A DNA stretch of 62,996 nucleotides, filler included, from Asterionella formosa (lineage: Eukaryota): assembly GCA_002256025.1 (NCBI GenBank). It is 14 parts of 14 records of this genome, joined end to end, with 100 filler letters (N's around TTAATTAATTAA, not from the genome) between each part and the next. Parts side by side here need not be neighbours in the genome. Positions count along the whole stretch, not along the records: positions 52,720 to 54,102 come from NKIB01002711.1; positions 54,203 to 55,585 come from NKIB01002712.1; positions 55,686 to 57,068 come from NKIB01002713.1; positions 57,169 to 58,550 come from NKIB01002715.1; positions 58,651 to 60,032 come from NKIB01002716.1; positions 60,133 to 61,514 come from NKIB01002717.1; positions 61,615 to 62,996 come from NKIB01002718.1; 7 more parts are not named here. One strand, given 5' to 3'. Each line of letters opens with the position of its first letter. Position 1 is the stretch's first letter. Both the position numbers and the translations under genes were made by a program. A model generated the notes under the pieces. The model saw only the letters and a list, made by a program, of their open reading frames with translations. It was not told the origin of the DNA and made no database searches. This document shows positions 53,908 to 62,996 of this stretch, in pieces.

Positions 53908-54102
53908 CATCTAAGCCGCGTATTACGTGAAGTGACCATCACATAAATAAGCCTAGTTGATTTTGAATGCATCACATGAATTAGTTGAATACATCAAAAT
54001 ACGTAGTTGAATATATCTATATATTATCTGAATACATCACGTTAAATATTTGATCAAAGTATCATGCATGCATTCCTGATCATCACTATATTATGTGATC
54101 AC
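53908..54102. mobile_element. Left end of a CATCTAAGCCG-TIR element (same family as 4311-6826); sequence recurs at 54203-54420
   Basis: CATCTAAGCCGCG start and high similarity to 4311-4510. Confidence 0.75.
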
Positions 54103-55685
54103 NNNNNNNNNNNNNNNNNNNNNNNNNNNNNNNNNNNNNNNNNNNNTTAATTAATTAANNNNNNNNNNNNNNNNNNNNNNNNNNNNNNNNNNNNNNNNNN
54201 NNTCTATATATTATCTGAATACATCACGTTAAATATTTGATCAAAGTATCATGCATGCATTCCTGATCATCACTATATTATGTGATCACCTTCACATAAT
54301 TATTTGAAATACTTCACATAATTATTTGAAAATACTTCAATTAATAATCTCACGTAATTCTGTAATTTCGTTCACATAATTCTAGAATAAAGTTCACTTA
54401 ATATGTAACATTTGTTTACGTAATTTTCTGGAGTTCATTCAACTAAATTAAAGAGTTTCATTAATGAAATAAAGCCTGCTCATTTGGAACGGCATGCGAA
54501 TGCTCCTGCACTGAAAGGTTTTGCTGCAATGTCAATTGAATGTAGAGGAAGATCAGTGTGAGTTATCAGTAGCGTTGCTCATATAGCCGTCAAAATAGCG
54601 CAGTAATCTTACCAGAACAACTTCCATTCCGGACCTCATTGTCCCTGCCTGTTGTCAACAACAATGCGTGAGCTGACAAGCCATACTAGCATTTTTCGCC
54701 GACTATTCCGTTGTTTGATTGGTTTTATGGTTGTTTGATTGGTTTTATGGTCCTATGCAGTTACAGAAACAATGAGAAGGAATGATTTGTTAGCTAGTAG
54801 TCATGTTACATTGAAACAACGACACGCAATTCCATCGTATCCTCTTGCTTCACCTACCACAAATCAATGCAACTGAGGATGCAAAAGTCTGTAATAGTAA
54901 CTTGTCAGTAAGCCAAATTCTTGAATAAGTAAGTTTCGGGTATCCAATGTTGTCGAATAAAACTTACCGGTTCATTTTTGTCATCTTGACTTTGAGAGAA
55001 GGTCAACGTTTTGTCAGCTTTATTCCAACAGAAGTGAATAGGTACAACGAGTGACAAGAGCACTAACGCAATTTGGTTTTGTTTTACATTGGTGCTCCCC
55101 AACAAGCGAAACGAGCTGTTGAATCAACTGAGAGAAAAGGAAATCTGGCTGCGTTTAGTTAACAATTTGTTGTTGTGCTGCCTGCCTGCCTCTCAACGAT
55201 TGTCATCCAAGTACCACGCACATTGATGGCTTCATAACCTTAACAATTCTCCATCCTTCGAAGGCGCAATGTGTCGAAGTCACAATGTTTTTTCGTTATG
55301 TATTGCAAAAATTTTCTTTTCTTGTCATGTGCTTTACTACGACGTATCTTTTCATGAAGCAGCAGGCATTGTTTGTTAATGTGACAGAACGATTTGAAAA
55401 ATATATTAGCCATGAATATAGTAATAAAATTTGTAAATATATATATATATATAGCGTTATACATTTTATAAAATTCAAAGGCGCTCTCGATATGGAACAT
55501 CTGATATGGTTGAGATGATCATACTCGCATATACATAATTCGAAAATACTCAATGCACTATATGTCCATTGTTTTCCACGACTACNNNNNNNNNNNNNNN
55601 NNNNNNNNNNNNNNNNNNNNNNNNNNNNNTTAATTAATTAANNNNNNNNNNNNNNNNNNNNNNNNNNNNNNNNNNNNNNNNNNNN

Positions 55686-56200
55686 CCTTTCCTTCTATTT
55701 CTATATTGTACTTGCTCGACTTATTGCTGTAGACTATTTGTAGCTGCTCCGAAACGGAGAAGGCCATTGCGGCACATCTCAATTTTGACTCACTACGGCG
55801 ACATGCAAGGTTAAAATATGCAACAGCTGTTTCTGAACGAAATAACGGATTCAATTCCTTATTGTCAGCTACTCAGCATCCTTTCCTTCTTTTTCTATAT
55901 TGTACTTGCTAGAGTTATCGCTGTAGACTATTTGTAGCTGCTCCGAAACGGAGAAGGCCATTGCGGCACATCTCAATTTTGACTCACTACGGCGACATCC
56001 AAGGTTGAAATATGCAACAGCTGTTTCTTAACGAAATAACGGATTCAATTCCTTATTGTGAGCTACTCAGCATCCTTTCCTTCTTTTTCTATATTGTACT
56101 TGCTCGACTTATTGCTGCAGACTATTTGTAGCTGCTCCGAAACGGAGAAGGCCATTGCGGCGCATCTCAATTTTGACTCACTAGCTACGGCGACATGCAA
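55686..56200. repeat. Tandem repeat, 194-bp unit, ~2.6 copies, running off the contig edge
   Basis: Unit starts at 55686, 55880 and 56074; near-identical copies. Confidence 0.92.
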
Positions 56201-56609
56201 TGCTAAACGATGCTCAACGAGGACCAACAGTGCTTTATTTCCAATCTGGCAGGCTATTGTAATCTCTACAATCAACAATGACTTAATTATGTGTCTACAA
56301 CATCAACTACTACTACTACGTGTGCTGAATTCTACAGTGTGAATCTTCCTCTTGCATGTGTTTTTCTTTGCCAGTTCAGATCAAAGTGATATGTCGGAGC
56401 GGAAAAAATAATAAGTGTATCGGAATTGGCGACTCTTTCGTTCATTATATGGTGAAAGCAGCATAATATTGCGGCAGAGCAGCATAATTTCGCTTTTAAA
56501 CTGTTGCGATGGCTAGTTGGTCAACATATATTGTCACGAACACACATAATTATTGGTGTGATCACATAATTATTCGATAAGTGAAATAAATTTTTGTTTA
56601 ACCCGAATA

Positions 56610-56748
56610 AATTAGGGAAAAAGTAGCATAATATTTCAAAAAAGTAACATAATATTTTAGAAAAGTAACATAATATTTTAAAAAAGTAGCATAAATACGT
56701 CACTTTACACATAAATTCGAAAAAGTGCCGTAAACGGCGTCTTAGATG
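56610..56748. mobile_element. Right end of a related TIR element with ~21-bp subterminal repeats
   Basis: AAAAGTA(G/A)CATAATATTT x3-4, followed by CGGCGTCTTAGATG. Confidence 0.55.
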
Positions 56749-57168
56749 TGGGAGAGCAATGCGATCCCCATCGCCGACCGACACCAATCTTGCCCCTCTC
56801 CCTGCCACATTTATTGGTGAAACCACGCCCTCATGGCCTACAGCGCCACCGCACCATCATGGGGGTGCCGCCCATCCATATCCCGCCGCTATCTCTGCTG
56901 CACACGGGCGCCCTTCCGCTTCATCGGTCCCCACTGGGTACTCCCTTCCCTCGGCCCACGACTTCCCGGTTTACTTCTCTTCGTCGCCAGAATTCATCGC
57001 ATCCTCCTCCCATCGTTCTGCGCCTCCTCTGCGCCATTCAGCACCACATACCATGAGTCCCTATCCTTNNNNNNNNNNNNNNNNNNNNNNNNNNNNNNNN
57101 NNNNNNNNNNNNTTAATTAATTAANNNNNNNNNNNNNNNNNNNNNNNNNNNNNNNNNNNNNNNNNNNN

Positions 57169-57950
57169 CAAATTCAATTTCCTTGGACAAAACAAATGAT
57201 ATGCATCTGCAACAGCCTCAATCACTAAGTCAACATTGTCCCTTGCTTCCTCAACTGAATCCCGCTGACAAGCCTGTAAAGCACAGAAAAAAGATGAATC
57301 ATTGACATTCAAATAAGGAGAGTTTGGTGGTTGTGGTGTGGTTACTAGAGTAATTTTCCATCCTGCCCATGCTAGAGCCACCTTCAATGAATCTTTGCAC
57401 ATTCCTGCCCAAAATAATTCATCATATTATCATGTTGAAGTAATACAGTTCTGGATCCAGGAGTGAATGTTCACCAACTTAGTCACTAGAACACCCCTCT
57501 CTCTGTTGGCCGACCTTCTTGATGCGGGAATAATGACCGGAAGTCCGAGCTTCTTCCCTAGTAATGTGCAGTAAGTTTGTTGCTGATGGTACTAAGGAAT
57601 CAACTTGACAGCTGCTATAATAGTATCATGATCAGGAGAATATTTCATACCTCCACCACTCTCATATTTCCAGGACAGTGCCGAGTAACTTTCATTGTCT
57701 CTGTTTGTGAACGATTCCAGCACATGCTGCCAGATACAAAAATTTATGCTTTTACTGATGTCGAATTTTTTAGCCAACTGGAGGTGAACACCCAGATTTA
57801 CCACAAGCCAGTCATCTATTTCATTGACTCCAATCTTGTCCCTTTTGAGGCTTTGAAGCGAGCAATCAACAATGTATTGTAGCTGTTCTGGTGTCAAAGA
57901 ATCCTTCTTCTTATGCATATTGACTGATGAAGGTTCAATGAAAAAAAAGG
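57169..57950 (-). pseudogene. mariner-like (plant/oomycete DD39D-type) transposase remnant
   Basis: QPPNSPYLNVNDSSFFCALQACQ matches the QPPNSPDLNVLDLGFF motif; frame is disrupted. Confidence 0.7.
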
Positions 57951-58281
57951 GAGGGGGGGGGGTCAAGAGCAAAAATTCCAATCAGGGCGTAATTCTACAA
58001 AAAAAACGCAAAGAAACCGAGTCAGGTTCACCTACCGGCAATTGTAGACTATTTAGCACATATATATATTATGTTCAGTTAAGGTTGCTGCATTTGAACC
58101 CCTAGCTCGAGGTAGGGTTAATAAAATAATATTGAGTCAGACTAATCAAACACATACTTTTCACATACAAGAAATTAAATATGTATAACGCTCAACGGAG
58201 CTTTCACCAATACACACCCTTTCCATATGCTTAAATACAGTCTTCGGACAAAGTAGGGGTGTAGGTTCACTCTATATATCG

Positions 58282-58441
58282 TCAGTATATAGGATCTGGT
58301 CAGAAACTGCAGAAAGGAACTTCGGATGTTTTTAACTAGGCTAAAAAGACTCGAAATTTCGGGGGAAATCTGTTTATTTGGCATAGTAAAAAACCCGAAG
58401 TTCCTTTCTGCAGTTTCTCGCCACCAGAAGTTATATACTGA
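58282..58441. repeat. Second copy of the fold-back repeat at 3880-4035
   Basis: TCAGTATATA...AGAAACTGCAGAAAGGAACTTCGG...CCGAAGTTCCTTTCTGCAGTTTCT...TATATACTGA. Confidence 0.85.
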
Positions 58442-59847
58442 TGCTATTTGAAAGTTCTTTTTTCTTTATCTCACCATGGTCTTTATCTTCGTTGTTGCAG
58501 CTTCTTGCAGATTCGAGTTTAGCAACCTGTTTTTGGCAGGTCAAACATGTNNNNNNNNNNNNNNNNNNNNNNNNNNNNNNNNNNNNNNNNNNNNTTAATT
58601 AATTAANNNNNNNNNNNNNNNNNNNNNNNNNNNNNNNNNNNNNNNNNNNNTTGGGCAGTAGGCATGCGAGGAGAAGCAAAAGCAAAAGGAACTGTCTCTT
58701 TTCGCAACATGCCGATTGTCCGTTCATTCAATGCCATGTGGAATCATAAACCATTCAAGCAATTGATGATGGCTGATGGGAGGGCGGATGAAAATATTAA
58801 TTTTCTTACTATCGGTAACTAAGTGCGTTTGTTTATCATGAGGGGTGACAGGTGGCAGGTACCTGGTACCAGGCACCACTCGGGGTCAGGTGTACCTGCA
58901 AGTTGCGGTAACTTTTCTGAAACTAAAACTTTAGCTATCTTTATCCTATATTAAATTGTTTATTTAATCCAAATGCCCGCAACTTGCCGGCAGTGGGAGT
59001 AGTTTGCAAAGCATGTTCATCCTCATGGCTATGTAAACGTATTTTACTAAAAGCAAATCAAGATGTTGCGAAAATGAATTCCGGGATGCTTTGAGTTTCG
59101 ACGTCAGCATTGACGTGTCACAAAAATAAGTCTTTGGTTTTCGCCACGTCGTACAGTACAAGGTACCTAGTACGCTACATATGATTTATGTATGGTACCC
59201 TGGTACCTGGTATGACAACCGTAGTGCGTATGTACGATCTGTTCAAAGAAGGGTATTTTCTCCTTGCTGCTTGTTGTAGACTCTCCTCTGAAGCTGCAAC
59301 CTCGTACCTGGTACCTGGTACCTGTACCAGTTTCCCAATACCGTATAGCAGCGCCTATTAGTGCCTAATATTATACCTACCGGTATGTAGTGCTGGTATG
59401 CTACTCCGGCTAGAATACTGGTAGAAGCAACGGGTATCTTGTAGCTAGACTTCCAGTACCTGGTAGTATGTGCCAGGTACATGGTACCCCAGAGCTGTCT
59501 CCGATTGAACTTGCCACCTCGATACCGGTGCGTTTTCCTTTACCGGTAGTTAACCACCCCATCATGCGCGCATGCTCATAAAACCAGCATCGTCATCAAA
59601 AATGTCTACAGAACAAAATTGTACCCGGTATCTGCTGGTATGCATGCCGGTAGTGGTATGGCCAACGAGAAAGCAACAATAACCGTCTATACTTTTATAC
59701 TTGCGAGAATCATCACCTTAGTCAGATCAAGAACCCATTAGCTGCTCAAGTATTCTGTATTCATAGTTTAGCCACATCCTTTAACTCAGCCTCTTGCGAG
59801 TGAAGCGAAAGTGACGGAGCCATATTTAGACATTCTTTGGCACAAAC

Positions 59848-60032
59848 ATGGCCACTTCTACTTGCCAGAGATGCATAGTCGTTGCCAATGTACTTTTCCT
59901 CGCATTAATTCATCCATCGGTAGCCTATTTGACCAATAACGCATTGAGAAAATGTCGTTTCTCCTTCCCTGTAACTTCCCAAGTCCCACGCGTGCAAGAA
60001 TCTCCTCTCCTCTCCGCCGTGTCACCGTCAAA
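59848..60032 (+). CDS. 5' end of a gene with signal peptide (possible plastid presequence); truncated by contig end
   Basis: MATSTCQRCIVVANVLFLALIHPSVA-YLT followed by an S/P/R-rich transit-like segment. Confidence 0.5.
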
Positions 60033-60132
60033 NNNNNNNNNNNNNNNNNNNNNNNNNNNNNNNNNNNNNNNNNNNNTTAATTAATTAANNNNNNNNNNNN
60101 NNNNNNNNNNNNNNNNNNNNNNNNNNNNNNNN

Positions 60133-61514
60133 ATACTGCAAGCACTCCTGACGAAATTGGTGGTAGGCTGCATCAGCCTGATAGAGCAAGCTTGAAACAT
60201 TTGCTGTGTTAGTGACACCCTTGAAACTGCCTTGAGAGCTGAGCCTTTGAGTGGTGATTGCTCGGCGTGAAGCAAGAATTCCTGCTAGGTCAAATTGTTT
60301 CGACCTTATCCCATGGTGGGACAGGATGAGTTCCAGCTTGATCACATTCTGGTTACTTTTGTCGAAATTGACAACAGAAGGTCGTTCAGGATTGACACAA
60401 TGGAGGAGGTCATTCTTTGAGGCAGTTGCCTTTGACTCACTACTATCATCATCTGTTAGACTAATCACATCATTGTCCTTGGAAGAAATTCGTGATTTCT
60501 TGGAAATAGAACTAGAAGGGGGCCAGGTAGCCTTCGATCGTTTCTTGATTATTGGCACAGCAACTTGTTGGGACTCCGGTTTGGAGACCAATTTGCTGGA
60601 GGTGGCAGCTGATTTGGAATCCGGTTTGGATACTTTTTTCCTGTTTATGGCAGCTGGTTTAGAGTCTGGTTTCGATACTTTTTTGCTGGGAATCGCGGCT
60701 GGTTTGCAGTCCGATTCAGATTCTTCGTAAGGATTAGTTACAGGCATTGATGCAACATCTCGGCTCCTGGCTGTTGACTTCGCAGCGTTGTAAGCATCTG
60801 CCTTGGATGTGATGGCTTTGGTAGCATCATGCTTGGGAGTAGCCTTGGCAGAAGGCTTGAGTGCAACAGCTTTTGCAGCAACAGCTCTTGGAGGAGCCTT
60901 CATCGTCGTCTTTGCAGCTTTCTTTGGAACACTCTTCTGCAACACTCGGGATTGGGCCTGTGTTGATCCTGCTGTAACTACTATAGAAGCAGCCTTCTGC
61001 AAAGTGCCTCTCTTCGCACGCTTTCCGAGCGCATAAGAAGGCGCTTCCAAGCGGGCATACTCTGACCTGATAGCTGCCTTCGCATTCATCACCTCTGTCA
61101 GGCGATGAATGCAAAAAAAGAAATGTGTGAATGAATAAATGAATATGAATACAGCATATATAGTAAACGAACATACCTTTTGGTTGCTTGTAGATTAAAC
61201 CCCCAATGGGAAGAAACATCGAGTACACATAGGCTTGCTCTTCCAATTGATGATCAAGAAGATCATAATGAGTGGCTGAAAGAAGACTCCCAGTTATATT
61301 TGTTCGCAAACGCACGATAGGAAAGGTCTCGAAATTTGCTGATTCTGGCATATCAGGTCCATAATTGTATGAATCAACATCGCCATCGTTCTTGTTCCTC
61401 TCATCATGAAGAAGGTTTTCAAGAGGATGATTGATCCTGTCCATCCAAGGAATAGGATTGCAGTGTACAAATCCCAAGGATTTATACCACTCAACCGCAT
61501 TGCCCAGCACCTGC
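60133..61514 (-). CDS. Partial spliced gene: possible GNAT C-terminus followed by K/A/S-rich low-complexity region
   Basis: NAVEWYKSLGF resembles GNAT motif B. An 82-bp GT-AG intron (61095-61176) joins ORFs 60827..61510 and 60085..61092 in frame. Confidence 0.55.
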
Positions 61515-61614
61515 NNNNNNNNNNNNNNNNNNNNNNNNNNNNNNNNNNNNNNNNNNNNTTAATTAATTAANNNNNNNNNNNNNNNNNNNNNNNNNNNNNN
61601 NNNNNNNNNNNNNN

Positions 61615-62461
61615 GCACCTCACACAAGCAAAGAGAGACTTACTCACCAAGAAGGCTTTGTACCATCTTCCATTTGCAATTGAGAAGACAGATGTAGTTG
61701 GAATTGTTGCACATGCTTGGGAAAAAAGTTTTGCGAGATTACGCACAAACAAAAAAGCGGTAGCAGAGCGAGGCTGGGGACCTTTGAACTATAATTGTTT
61801 GTTGAATCCTGAAATACAGCTGACAAAATTTGGTGTTGTCCCATTGAATAGAATCTCACACAGCAACAGAACCTCTATTACACCTGACCAGCTCAACCTG
61901 CGAGAAGGACTTTCAGGAACTCTTACAAATCAAATCGTTGAATACATAAACAGAGAAGATGTGCGAAATGGTAATGATGCAGCAGAACATGCCAGGAAAA
62001 GAAAACAAACAGCACAAGCAGCAATCGACACACACAAACGAATGACCGCAGGACTGCACTTTGCTGTTGGAAACACTTGTCTAGGACCACCGCTTTTTGA
62101 GCATATGCTGGAAATCAAACGCCGGCATGAAATCCAGGAACAAAACAAGGAGCAGAAATTGAATCAACGGTTTTTTGAATTGTCACAGAAGGTACAGGCC
62201 ATCAGAGAGACTGGAAAGGAAGCTGGAAGCTACAACGTAGCTGAACTGAAAACAATGGTGACATGGTACAAGCGCAATGGCGATGCGCCGCTTCCAATAA
62301 CCAGACAGAACTTGTTGGCAAGATACTTGGAGACTTGTTGCCGTGGAGAAAAGCATTCTCCATATCCAATTCGGCCTCTTGATGTTGTGCTTGTGGGAGG
62401 GCAGGAGCTTAGTAGGGATGAGGGCGATATTGCAGTGGTGTTGATAGGCACAAGCATTTAA
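61615..62461 (+). CDS. C-terminal part of a pogo-like transposase (open from contig edge)
   Basis: DVVGIVAHAWEKSFARLRTNKKAVAERGWGPLN resembles the post-DDE helix of pogo transposases. Decayed paralogues at ~15240-16090 and ~19900-20120. Confidence 0.65.
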
Positions 62462-62996
62462 TGTGGCTCAATGCATTTGTGTGTGATCGTAATATAAATA
62501 TTGGATGCGAAAATTCTTAAAAATAATTTTGCGAAAACCAAACAGGGTAATCCGTGATCATAATGGTATATAAAATTATATACAATTATAGATAAAATTT
62601 TAAGTACTGCTGTGACCCATTACCAGCAAATTTTGTCCACATAAAATGGTTCGTATCTCAGTACCTCGACCTTCAATGAGAATACCGACTGATCCGCAAC
62701 CTGCTGACTCCTTTGGTTAACAAGACCTGGAAGTTTGATTCTCGCAAGGCATGGAATAGGTTTAGTCGAACTAATCAAACGAATAGGAGAACTCAGTGGG
62801 TCACAGCAGTTCTTTACTGGTACCATATCGGTAGATGAATACGAGATACCGTAAGGGCCGTTCTTATCATTTTTTTTCGTGTATCACGGAATTTGAATTT
62901 TTTTGAAAATGTATCAGCAACGGTAACTCGATTTGAACTGAATTTCATTCATTCCAAAAGTGTCACTGTATCACTAATTTGTGATCACAGTGTATC

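Overview
Eukaryotic nuclear DNA, most likely from a diatom. The evidence is short GT-AG introns, bipartite signal+F plastid presequences, TTAGGG telomeres and diatom-type TE remnants. The window is not contiguous: it is 14 contigs joined by artificial N44-TTAATTAATTAA-N44 linkers (two of ~22.5 kb, then twelve of 1382-1385 bp), so adjacency across linkers means nothing. Host genes: an FMN alpha-hydroxy-acid oxidase, a plastid-targeted JmjC+Tudor protein, a plastid membrane protein, a Ser-rich orphan, an organellar GluRS with a C-terminal tRNA-binding OB domain, a partial fucosyltransferase-like gene, and a 73-aa ORF resembling the beta-prefoldin-like microprotein ASDURF. Most other sequence is TE debris. 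Best observations: (1) an intact 2460-bp DD35D pogo transposon carrying a second, convergent HIRAN-like/Cys-His ORF inside its TIRs; (2) a telomere-capped, endonuclease-less Penelope-like retroelement with a full type I hammerhead ribozyme and a (CCCTAA)n 3' end; (3) the stand-alone ASDURF-like microprotein with a pogo-related MITE 75 bp upstream. All family assignments come from motif recognition by eye; no searches were run.
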